Shown here: in pieces, positions 26,636-39,213 of the stretch
Numbering within the stretch: position 1 is the stretch's first letter
Layout: each line of letters opens with the position of its first letter
NCBI GenBank assembly: GCA_002269645.1
Contig: NIVC01003555.1
Coordinates: 27,656 to 91,655, forward strand
Source: Macrostomum lignano
Lineage: Eukaryota
DNA length: 64,000 nucleotides
Direction of reading: 5' to 3'
Program-made: the position numbers and the translations under genes
Notes under the pieces: model-generated
Told to the model about the DNA's origin: nothing
Seen by the model: only the letters and a program-made list of their open reading frames with translations
Databases searched by the model: none

Positions 26636-26914
26636 TGCACCATAAACGCTATTATTAAACACGATGAGCAGACAAAAAGCTGGGTCGATGCTTGACTGCA
26701 AATAATGCGCATATGCTCCTATATTTTTCACTTGCTAATTTTGACTAGGTAAATTGTACTTTTAAATAATCAAATCAGAAAAGAATTTTCCAGTTTGCAT
26801 GACAACCAATTGCAGCCAAAAACGGATTGGAATCTTCTTGATATATCTTTTTTATTTCGAAAGATTATGTTAATATTAAGGGTACACTGACCCTTGGTCG
26901 ATTTTTGGGAATGT

Positions 26915-27235
26915 ACATTGAGAGTAGAGTTGATCGATATTTAAGGATGTGACATTGAGGGTAGAGCTGATCGATATTTAAGGATGTACATGAGGGTAGA
27001 CTTGATCGATATTAAAGGATGTACATTGAGGGCAGAGCTGATCGATATTTAAGAATGTTCATTGAGGGTAGAGTTGATCGGTATTTAAGGATATGCATTG
27101 AAGTTACATGTAGAGTAATCGATGCTGAGTGTGTGCATTGAGGGTAGAGTAATCGATATTTCAGGATACAGTTGATCGATATTTGACGATTTACATTGAG
27201 GGTGGATTTGATCGATATTTAACGATGTACATTTT
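26915..27235. repeat. About 36-bp degenerate minisatellite (GATCGATATTTAAGGATGTACATTGAGGGTAGAGTT)
   Basis: About 8 copies. Confidence 0.85.
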
Positions 27236-27309
27236 AACTCAACGGTCAACTTGATAGAACTATGTCAATCATGCCATCTCAACCATATTGAACTCCGATG
27301 TTTTGTCAA

Positions 27310-27830
27310 TCCGGATCTAGACAATAATGTCAGTCCTGACCTAGACAATCATTTCAGCATGATCTAAAGAATCATGTCAATCCTGATCTAGACAGTCATA
27401 TAAGTCCTGTTCTAGACAATCATTTCAGTCCTGTTCTAGACAATCATTTCAGTCTTGTTCTAGACAATCATTTCAGTCTTGTTCTAGACAATCATTTCAG
27501 GCATGATCTAAAGAATCATGTCAGTCCTGATCTAGACAATCATTTCAGCATGATCTAAAGAATCATGTCAATCCTGATCTAGACAGTCATTTCAGTCCTG
27601 TTCTAGACAATCATTTCAGTCTTGTTCTAGACAATCATTTCAGGCATGATCTAAAGAATCATGTCAGTCCTGATCTAGACAGTCATATCAGGCATGATCT
27701 TAAGAACCATGTCAATCCTGATCTAGACAATTATTTCAGACAGGATCTAAAGAATCATTTCAATCCTGATCTAGACAGTCATATCAGTTCTGTTCTAGAC
27801 AATCATGTCAGTCCTGATCTAGATAGTCAA
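27310..27830. repeat. 24-bp minisatellite with two alternating variants (CTAGACAATCATTTCAGTCCTGTT / CTAAAGAATCATGTCAATCCTGAT)
   Basis: Tandem array with higher-order alternation. Confidence 0.9.
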
Positions 27831-29358
27831 CTGCAACGATTTAATGACAATCCGAATTATGCCAGTAGAATGGGCAGATCGATTCTTGTGTCTGTGTCTG
27901 GTCAGGAGAGTGAACAATAGCTCGTAAAGCGTGACCATTGTCTTCTGCTGCGCACTAATAAATGAACTCGGCAATCGTGTACTGTTACTGACAATCAGTA
28001 GTCACTTGTGTGTCTTATTATACATGACAGAGATTCATTATAATGGATATAAAATTTTTGCAAACCCATTCGAAAAGGTGTCAATTTAGCACCGAACTGA
28101 ATAAAACTCTTGGCACCGCGAATTTAGTGCAAAAGTTGTTTAAATTACGCAGATATATCTTATAAGAGCAGCAAGACTAACACATCACGCGAAAATATCA
28201 CCGCGCATACTGAACAAGGCTAACGTGGGTTACTAAAATTGAATAAAGTACTCGTATCTCTGCACATGCACAGGAAGTCAGCAATGCTGATACGATACGG
28301 TTTAAGTTTAATAATAGCAGTTTTAAAACAAAATATTGAATACTGAGGTTACTGAAGACTGTTGGCGTCAGATTCGCCATGGAACTGTGGGGTTTAAATA
28401 CGCACGGACTTTGTCAAGCCCCCAGCCATCTCAGAAACGGCACTTGCATGTGGCGAATATGATCTGCTAAACGGGGACAAAAAGATGAAAATATATATTA
28501 GTACATCTGAACTGAAGCTCAGGTTTTTACTGAGAAAAACGATCTGCATGTGGAGAAAATGCCGCTTATATAAATATGAAGCTGATGTGCGCCCCATTTC
28601 TTTGGGCGCACAGACTTGCCGCAACAGCTAGTTATGGCCATCTGTGGACAAGAATCGAATGCAAGCTGCAGAATTTCTGTTACCCTCCGTTCAAGGAGAG
28701 ATAGAATCAAGTTCAACTGCTGCCAGTGCAAAACCAGCAAGTCAGTTTGGTGGATTGCAATGCATCATGTGGCGATGTTTCTGTGAAAAAAGAAAGCATT
28801 TTGCAATGCATTGGGGTGTCGTAAACGATGACTGTGCATGGGTAAGCATTAACAACTACAACTTTAGTTGTTAAGTGTGACGGTTTTATATTGAAAAGAC
28901 AAGCTATAGAGCATTAAAAAAACTATAGAAGGGAGTTCTATCGTAAAAAACAAAGGCCTCAGGGATTTAAAACTAAATACTCATTTCGTGGCATGAGAGT
29001 GTAGAAGGAAGCAATTACGCATCAATTCAAACCAGTTTACTCATAATATGAATTTGCTGCGCTCTTCATCAAAACAATGTTAACTGCAAGCTCATACCGG
29101 ACAATCCGCACTTTCTTTTGTTAAACTGCAATAAATTCACATTTTCTTCAAAGTGGGACAAAAAACTACTTTTAAAATGTAATTAAATTTATATACAAGG
29201 AAGCGAGACTGTTCAAAGTTTGTCTAACAATGCACCCTGGGGCGCGAATTTGAAATCGATTCAACCAACCGATAGTTGCAGCAGCAGGATTGCAACAGAT
29301 GAATGGCTTTGTTCAGCAGACATTCTAGGAATAACGACGGTCACCCAAGCGGTTGAGT

Positions 29359-32300
29359 TTAGTTCGGCGCCAGGTAGGAATCCATGCCAAGTTTAGACAT
29401 CGTCGTGTTTGAGGACCTCGGCGGCGGCTGCGGCGGAGGCCCGGCCTGCTGCGAGCCAGCCGAGCTGTTTTTCCTAGAAAAGCTTCGCGAATTAGGCATC
29501 AGTTGCGTTTGCTCGGCCTGAGCTCGCCCGTAGGCTGAGTTGGCAAAGTTGCCGGTGGTTTGCTGGCTGACATCTAAGTTGGGTTCGTCTTGCACCTCCT
29601 CGTAGTAGGTGCTCTCAACTGGCTCGGTGCTGGGCTGCATTAATTCCACGGGCTGCGGGCTGGCAAGCAAGTCGAATTGTTTCAGAGGAGAATAGTGCAA
29701 CTGCAGCACCGCAAACTGCCATTCCAATTATTATTTTAGGAGGCTTATGGGCACCCTGGCGCAAGAGCGCTGAGACACCTCTGCCCATTCCGTTGACTCC
29801 TGGGCACACACCAGCGCATGGACACTGTACGCAGTCACTCAATCACATACACGCTCACACAGCGTGTACAGTGGTCTTGAATTTCTCATTGTCAGGGACA
29901 ACACACTCTCTGTGCCTTGGGGGTTGGCCCTCGTGGATGTGAATCGAAACTTTAGGGTCGAGGTTATAGGCTTCAATTATAAAATAATCGTCATCTCAAC
30001 CATAAAATATTTATCGGGGATTGCTAAGATGTCAAGGCTCATGATGGAATCGCTAAGATTTCAAAGCTCGTTGGGGGAATGGCTAAAGATGTCAAGGCTC
30101 ATGGCGGTCAATCACTGAAACGCTTTGGCTCAAAGCATCTGTTGCTCAGATGCTTTAAGCCAAAGCTCATGGGGGATCTGATATCTTAGGCTATGATATG
30201 ATAGGTGGCTTTCATGGCGGATGCTTTTTTGCTTCAAACATAATTTTTCTTAGGATATTAACAATAGCGACTTTTGAGTACAAGGTCGAAACGTACGAGT
30301 AATTTATTCAATAGCTTCTTTTTCTTTATTGTCTCCCAACGGGGGGCGCAGATGGCTAGTCCAATATACTAAACTCACGAGCTGGGCTGGTAGGCCACCC
30401 TGTTGACGCGCAGCTCCACTCTTGAAGAATGCTTCCGATGATAGACCATGATGCCAGCGACAATGGCGGTCAGGGAGCAGACAACGATCAACAGCACCGC
30501 CAGCAGCAGGATTGGCATCACGAGCTGTTAGTGAAAATCGGATAATTGAGTAGAAAAATTTGAACGACGAATGAACGACAGACTGTCTGAACGACAGACA
30601 GTCTCGCTCTTCTTTTGACATTATATAAAATACTTTATCCTCTACGATGTGCTTTTTCAAACTCTAAACTTAATTCATTTGAGATTTAATGTTCAAATTT
30701 ATCGCGGGAGGACTATAAAAGTTTCAACTACACTTCAACAGGAAGTGTACTTCACTTTCTACCCCTACATGGCACTTTGGGCAGGTTCTGTTCTTGAAAG
30801 GGATCTTTTGATCTCGCAGTCCTCATTGTTTCGCAGGCTTCAGTTTATGGTTTGCTAATCAGTTCACAAAAACACCGAAATTTCACAAACCCGAAATTTA
30901 ACAAAGTCGAAAAATACTCTTAAATTTCAATGTTGTGAAATCTCGGGGTTGTGAAATTTCGGTATTATGCAATAGGTCGCGTGGATTTTTGAAATTATGA
31001 AATTTCAGGTTAGTAAAATTTTGGTGTTGTAAATTTCGGGCTTCTGAAAGCGCCCCGCAAATACATACAGACTTTCTTGTTTCAAGATACCACGCTAGAC
31101 CTAAGGGCAGCAAGAACTTACTGTTTCATTCAATGGCTGCGGAGCGTCATGGCTTGCTGTGGTCAGCGCTCGAATTGCTGTTGGTGCCGGCGGCTGAAAC
31201 TGGCACACAGCTCCTGAGAAGCCGCTCCTGCAGTCGCATCTGAAGCTGCCCACGGTGTTCACGCAGTCGCCATAGGAGCCGCAGAGACCTGCCACCAGGC
31301 GGCACTCGTCAACATCTTGGTCGCAGTGGTAGCCAGTGAATCCTTTGTCGCAGACGCACACCGATGAGCCGTTGCTGTTGAAAGTCTGGCAGCTGCCGTT
31401 GCGGCACCACGTGGCGTTGCGATGGCACGGGTGAGTCTCCAGCTGACAGTGAGGTCCGGTGAAGTTCATCGGGCACTGGCAAACCGGCCGTCCTTGCAGG
31501 TCCTCCGAGCAGCTGCCTCCGTTCTGGCAGAAGGCCTGTCCCTGCCGCAGACACTTGTGTGACGGAGCGCAGCTGCCGTTGAGAGCCGTGTAGCCGGCAG
31601 GGCAGATCGCAGAGCCGTTGGGGCTGCAGCCGAACCTGGACGGGTCGCAGTGCACCGAACAGGCAGCTTGGTAGAAGTTCGGCCTGCACCTGATCCAGAC
31701 AGCCAGTTTCAGGATGTGGCCATTGCTAGAGATCTCAGTGAGCTGTGATGACCAGCGGCTGTTTGCTGAGTTGTTAGCAAAAAATGGGAGCTCTGCGGCG
31801 TTGTAGGAGCGGTGCAATCTGCACATGAGCTCATGCTCTCCAGGGTCTTTGTCCTTGACAGTGACCAACACTTGGACATTGTCAGTGGGCTTCAGATCCG
31901 ATCCGGTGAAGTGAAACTCCAGAGGGTTGATAAGCTGGCCGATGAAATCTCCGAAGTGAATCACTGTCGGGGCATTGTCGTATTCAGACGAAACGAAGGT
32001 TGCCAGAATTTTCCTTGGCGTCGACACGGAGATGAGAAAGTACGGGTCGCAGTGGTCACTTCCAAAGAAGCTCCGGTCGCAGCTGCCTCGGTCTCTTTGT
32101 CGATACGAGTCGAATTTCACGTATACTGCTCCACTGATCGCTAAGGAATAGCTCCTGACTACTCCTAGCAACTAAAATAATTGTAATAAGGAAAATTATA
32201 GATGACATTTTTACAGTTTGCTGTTTTTGCTGCAATTTTTACAATTATTGCTCCCAAATTTATGCAAATTGAGCTAACAAAACTATTAATATGAGTTAAT

Positions 32301-32360
32301 TTAGTTGTTTCTTACCAGCATGCTGAATATAAGAAGCAGAAATACTTTTATTTCTTTCAT
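29359..32360 (-). CDS. Delta/Notch-ligand-like type I membrane protein (signal, C2/MNNL, DSL-like, 3 EGF, TM). Exons 32360-32316, 32171-31122, 30524-30379; probable cytoplasmic exon about 29700-29359 (junction unresolved)
   Basis: MKEIKVFLLLIFSML|LLGVVRS signal; GSCD...CDPYFLISV C2-type N-terminus; six-Cys DSL-like CRPNFYQAACSVHCDPSRFGCSPNGSAICPAGYTALNGSC; three EGFs including DVDEC; TM LVMPILLLAVLLIVVCSLTAIVAGIMVY. The TM exon ends in phase 2 while the tail ORF acceptor is phase 0, so an exon is probably missing from my model. Confidence 0.8.
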
Positions 32361-33412
32361 ATCATGTAATCTTTCTATTGAATAATTGTTAAATATGCAA
32401 TCTTTTCAAAAAACCTTCAACTCTTGTCGAAAAGCTGCAGCACTGGCCAGCCCATGATGCGCAATATTTGATTTAAACTGCGTACTTTCACATTTCGGTG
32501 TAGTTAAAACAAAATAAATTGTATGAAGTAGCTATTATTTTATTGTTATTAGATATTCGGCAATGGGTGAAAAATCTTGTGGGATTTTCGAAAATTTTAA
32601 GCCTAAAATGTCGAGTGTATTTTATAAAACTTTATTTAAAAATTTAATTGAAAGTATGTATTAGCGTATGTATAATATGACTGTGTAAAATATAAAATAA
32701 ATTCTATTTTTATAGTATGGCCCTAGGAGACATTTGTTTTTTTAAATAACGGTTTGTTAAAAATTCTGAACTGACACCAGGAAGTATTCATTTTGTAAAA
32801 ATGATTCTCGGCAGTCTTCGTAGATTTTTTTCATTATATACTAGAAAATGATAGAAATATGCGACAAATTTTTCTTAACTATTCATAATTTTATTCTTTA
32901 TTTCTAATTTCACTCCGATTTTACTTCTACTGGATTAGAAACTTATACAGTGGAAATTTTTTTGTAAAGTCAGCGTGTCCTGGTGAAGCGCCAGCACTAC
33001 ATGAAGCTTTAGCTAAGTAGTTTTTTATCATATGCAATAAAAAACAATCAGCCTGTCAACTATATGCATGCATTTGGGAAGGCCGCCTGCAGCAGTACTA
33101 TCACATGCAGGTTCAAGAAAAGTAAATGCTTTTTCCGTACCACTAGACTGGATTATCGCAAGCCATAAAGCCGGAAACTGCACGGGAGTTTGCAAATGTA
33201 GGTGAAGAAAAAACTGTTAAATAAATAGCAAAGCAAAGAAAGGCTAACTGCAGAATTCTAAAAAGATGTTTGCTTCACGAGTAAAAAGTGTCATGCTTTA
33301 ATCAAACATCTTCATTCCGATTGAAGACTTGGTGAAGACATAATTTAATATATTGTCGCTACGGCACATTGCTCCATCTCAAGCCACTCGCGTGCTTGCG
33401 ACAGATAGAAAT

Positions 33413-33952
<540 letters not shown>

Positions 33953-34252
33953 TAATGAAAACATAAGCACCGAAAGTTTGCGGTCTCAAAGCTGTGTTTG
34001 AAATTCTGTGTCCAAAAATTCGAGTAATTGAGTGTCGAGTGCTTTGTTAAAATAAAAAAATGCACTAAAACAGAAATCGCTAGAAAATCCCTGCCCAAAA
34101 ACAACACAGATGAAACCAATAAGCGAAGTACATTTAGCTGTTTCCATAAGTGCAGTGTACGTGCCTAAATAAAATACACGTATATTAATGTGGGTTTGCA
34201 GACGAGCACGGATCCTGGCTGCATATCACGGCTTTACCCCGAAGTCCCGAGC

Positions 34253-37200
34253 TCACTCAGCTGGGCTTAGGAGTCTCGTCATCGTAGCGGCCAGGCAAAA
34301 TGCCTGGAATTTAAAAACAAATCCGTGTTGTTAATTGGTTTGTGTAGTTAATCAGCCGTACAATTTTACTGATACAATTTATTCTTTGAAGCCAGAAAAC
34401 CTCCCTTTTCCTACCTTTATGCATGAGCCAAACACCGACCAGACTAAATTGGACCACAGGTTAAACCAGAGTCCATCGCTGATTTTGGTCAGACAGTCCT
34501 GCAAAATTGTCACAGGATTATACAGTCAGGGCTGTGTTGGAGTGTTGGAGCTGTGCAGTGAGGATCGGTCAGGGCTGTGTTGGAGTGTTGGAGCTGTGCA
34601 GCGAGGATCGGTCAGGGCTGTGTTGGAGCTGTGCAGCGAGGATCGGTCAGGGCTGTGTTGGCGTGTTGGAGCTGTGCAGTGAGGATCGGTCAGGACTGTG
34701 TTGGAGCTGTGCAGCGAGGATCGGTCAGGGCTGTGTTGGAGCTGTGCAGTGAGGATCGGTCAGGGCTGTGTTGGAGCTGTGCAGTGAGGATCGGTCAGGG
34801 CTGTGTTGGAGTGTTGGAGCTGTGCAGCGAGGATCGGTCAGGGCTGTGTTGGAGCTGTGCAGTGAGGATCGGTCAGGGCTGTGTTGGAGTGTTGGAGCTG
34901 TGCAGCGAGGATCGGTCAGGGCTGTGTTGGAGCTGTGCAGTGAGGATCGGTCAGGGCTGTGTTGGAGTGTTGGAGCTGTGCAGTGAGGATCGGTCAGGGC
35001 TGTGTTGGAGTGTTGGAGCTGTGCAGTGAGGCTTTTACGCATCTATGCATAGTAGAATTGCAGGCTACTCACCTTCTCAAAAACGTACCTGTTTATCCGA
35101 GCCTCCTTCATGTTCACAGCCACTCTGCACTTCTCCTTGCTAGTCATGCCCAGACAGCACGAGAGAGGCAGGGTGACGTTCTTTTTGCCAGCAGTGGAAT
35201 TTGCATTAGCCTGCTTGTACCACGGAGTCCGTAGGAACAGATTTTCTTCCGCATTGTCACTGAAGCCACAGCACTTTTCCTGTTTTGAGTATCGTTGATG
35301 AGGCCAATTTTGTCATGTAAACGCGTGACCCCTATTTCGATTCGCACACCTAACAAGTGGAAGTCAGGACACCCTCTGTGAACGCCCTTGCATGTGCTCA
35401 GAAGTCAATAAACTGGACAAAATTGCCTCACGGCTGTTTATGGGACAAGGTCGCCGAAGACGTTGCGCCAGGGGGCCCCCGTCCTCTGACGCATATTTTT
35501 AAAGGGATGTCAACTCAAGCACTGGAATGGAGCCAAAAGTTCGCTCCTCGCTAAACCGAGCGCATTCGATGACTTGTCAAACCAGTCAACCAGAATCACT
35601 GAGAGACATCAAATCGTGAACGTTTTGACTACTAGAGTGTAAATCATTCTCACCCTCTTCTGATAGTTCTCTATGGACCAGGTGAACTTCTTCGATGCAG
35701 AATCTTCCTTTCCGAACTGATTAACGATCTTCTCTTCAATGGCGTTTTTGTTGACTCTGGACAGGGACTTCGTGGCGGTGAATGCCACGACTAGCAGGAT
35801 GACGTCCATGACGATAGCTACGGCAAGGAAGCTGATGATCTGTAAGGATGGGACAGGCAGCTACAGATGGGACAGGCAGCTACAGATGGGACAGGGAGCT
35901 ACAGATGGGACAGGGAGCTACAGATGGGACAGGGAGCTACAGATGGGACAGGCAGCTACAGATGGGACAGGGGGATACAGATGGGACAGGGGGATACAGA
36001 TGGGACAGGCAGCTACAGATAGGACAGGCAGCTACAGATAGGACAGGCAGCTACAGATGGGACAGGGGGATACAGATTGGACAGGCAGCTACAGATGGGA
36101 CAGGGGGATACAGATGGGACAGGGTATACAGATGGGACAGGCAGCTACAGATGTGACAGGGAGCTACAGATGGGACAGGCAGCTACAGATGGGACAGGCA
36201 GCTACAGATGGGACAGGGAGCTACAGATGGGACAGGGAGCTACAGATGGGACAGGCAGCTACAGATGGGACAGGGGGATACAGATGGGACAGGGGGATAC
36301 AGATGGGACAGGGAGCTACAGATGGGACAGGCAGCTACAGAAAGGACAGGCAGCTACAGATGGGACAGGCAGCTACAGATGGGACAGGCAGCTACAGATG
36401 GGACAGGGAGCTACAGATGGGACAGGGAGCTACAGATGGGACAGGGAGCTACAGATGGGACAGGCAGCTACAGATGGGACAGGGGGATACAGATGGGACA
36501 GGGGGATACAGATGGGACAGGGAGCTACAGATGGGACAGGCAGCTACAGAAAGGACAGGCAGCTACAGATGGGACAGGCAGCTACAGATGGGACAGGCAG
36601 CTACAGATGGGACAGGGAGCTACAGATGGGACAGGGAGCTACAGATGGGACAGGGAGCTACAGATGGGACAGGCAGCTACAGATGGGACAGGGGGATACA
36701 GATGGGACAGGGGGATACAGATGGGACAGGGAGCTACAGATGGGACAGGCAGCTACAGATAGGACAGGCAGCTACAGATGGGACAGGGGGATACAGATTG
36801 GACAGGCAGCTACAGATGGGACAGGGGGATACAGATGGGACAGGGTATACAGATGGGACAGGCAGCTACAGATGTGACAGGCAGCTACAGATGGGACAGG
36901 CAGTTACAGATGGGACAGGGGATACAGATGGGAGCTAATGGTGACAACGGAGCTCATGATTTAATAGATTTTTGCAAAAAACAATCACGAGTCCTGTGAT
37001 TTTTTAGCCCTTAGCCACACCACAGCCTCATCAAGTACAAACTTCTGAAATAGCTCAACTCACCGCCATCAACATGGCGCGTCTGTTGAGCAGGACAGCA
37101 ACGAGGCCCAGAATCCCGATAAGCAGGCTAACCAGACCGAACACTATCGAGGTCCATCTGTCGTTCTCAAACGTGTCAACTTCATTGAATTCCTCTACTT

Positions 37201-37333
37201 TGTCAGATTCTTCAATTTTCGGTTTGATTATCAAGTCGATGGCGCCAAAGCCAATTCTGATGGATCCCCACAAGATGAAGGCGGTGTAACTCGCGAGAAG
37301 GAGGCGCCGTAAGACAATGCCTGAGAGAATCAT
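34253..37333 (-). CDS. Tetraspanin; exons 37333-37064, 35839-35654, 35279-35073, 34498-34415, 34303-34253
   Basis: Four TM segments; EC2 with EKCCG, PLSCC and a final DC before TM4 (LWFNLWSNLVWSVFGSCIK|AFCLAATM). All junctions are phase-0 GT-AG. Confidence 0.9.
34525..35030. repeat. 35/43-bp minisatellite (GGAGCTGTGCAGTGAGGATCGGTCAGGGCTGTGTT) in a tetraspanin intron
   Basis: About 13 copies. Confidence 0.95.
35848..36930. repeat. 19-bp minisatellite (ACAGATGGGACAGGCAGCT) in tetraspanin intron 1
   Basis: About 57 copies abutting the acceptor of exon 2. Confidence 0.97.
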
Positions 37334-37544
37334 GTTCCTTCTTTCAGTATAATAATTGTTCAAATTAGTAGTTCAACCATTTTGTATTTTGTTAAACCCT
37401 CCGAATCCACGACTTGTGCCAAAGGATTTGGCCTTCAGTGTGAAATTTTTATAGTCTATGTTTATAAGGTCACCGATTTGAATTGGACATCTTGTTTTTC
37501 GTTTGAGTTATTGCTGCTTCCGAATCAATCTGGCTATTGATTCA

Positions 37545-38335
37545 TGCCGTTCGCTGTTAATCCATGCCGTTCCCTGTTAATCCATGCCGTTCGCTGTTGA
37601 TTCATGCCGTTCCCTGTTAATCCATGCCGTTCGCTGTTGATTCATGTCGTTCCCTGTAAATCCATGCCGTTCCCTGTAAATCCATGCCGTTCCCTGTAAA
37701 TCCATGCCGTTCCCTGTAAATCCATGCCGTTCCCTGTTAATCCATGCCGTTCCCTGTTAATCCATGCCGTTCCCTGTTAATCCATGCCGTTCGCTGTTAA
37801 TCCATGCCGTTCGCTGTTGATCCATGCCGTTCCCTGTAAATCCATGCCGTTCGCTGTTGATTCATGCCGTTCCCTGTTAATCCATGCCGTTCGCTGTTGA
37901 TTCATGCCGTTCCCTGTTAATCCATGCCGTTCGCTGTTGATTCATGTCGTTCCCTGTTAATCCATGCCGTTCCCTGTAAATCCATGTCGTTCCCTGTTAA
38001 TCCATGCCGTTCCCTGTTAATCCATGCCGTTCCCTGTTAATCCATGCCGTTCCCTGTTAATCCATGCCGTTCGCTGTTAATCCATGCCGTTCGCTGTTGA
38101 TTCATGCCGTTCCCTGTTAATCCATGCCGTTCCCTGTTAATCCATGCCGTTCCCTGTTAATCCATGCCGTTCCCTGTTAATCCATGCCGTTCCCTGTTAA
38201 TCCATGCCGTTCGCTGTTGATTCATGCCGTTCCCTGTAAATCCATGCCGTTCCCTGTTAATCCATGTCGTTCCCTGTTGATTCATGCCGTTCCCTGTTAA
38301 TCCATGCCGTTCCCTGTTAATCCATGCCGTTCCCT
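37545..38335. repeat. 20-bp minisatellite (TTAATCCATGCCGTTCCCTG)
   Basis: About 39 copies, intergenic. Confidence 0.97.
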
Positions 38336-38348
38336 GCCATTCTATGCC

Positions 38349-38633
<285 letters not shown>

Positions 38634-39213
38634 ACCAGCGCCCTCCCAGTGTTGGAGGTGGCAACCAGTGGACTGAGCTAGCAGTTAAAACAAAACAGCT
38701 TTACTCGCTAGAGATCAATGCTTTTCTTTGCTGAGTTGGCAAGCTCGGCTGAGGGGGTGTGAGTCGTCGAAGAGCGTTTCGGGACGGTACGCACATTGAG
38801 CACAGGGACAATGGCTTCACTTCAGAATGTGAATCGATGCCTTAACGCGGAGGGTCCGACCTGGACGGAGCAGGAGGTGGCGCCACCACTTGCTGCTCAC
38901 AGCCCGGTTTACGAGCCTCAGTGCTACGCTGGGAAACACCTGCTCCAACTCTGCTAGCCACCAGGCCATTGCCCACGAAGTCACCCCAGCGAACTCTCTC
39001 CACCCCCCGCATGCGTTCGCGAGTCGCCACTGGAAGCAGAAGACGCTATACTGCTATAACTATGCTGCCGCCCCCAGTCCGCGAGCTTCTCCGACTTTCC
39101 AACACACGCCCAGTTCGAAAGCTGCTATAGAAAATATCGTAGCAGTTCGCATTTTGTCGTTGAACAATCAAGTACAACTGCAGGCTACTGTTTTGATTTG
39201 CTCAAGCAAGAGA

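Noticed and set aside
35089-35089. Tetraspanin donor AG|GTACGT at 35088
   Set aside because: Phase 2 leads to a stop in the next exon; the GTGAGT donor at 35072 gives the correct frame with the final EC2 cysteine.
35739-36999. MGQAATDGTGSYRWDRQLQ repeat ORFs
   Set aside because: 19-bp intronic minisatellite of the minus-strand tetraspanin; period is not a multiple of 3.
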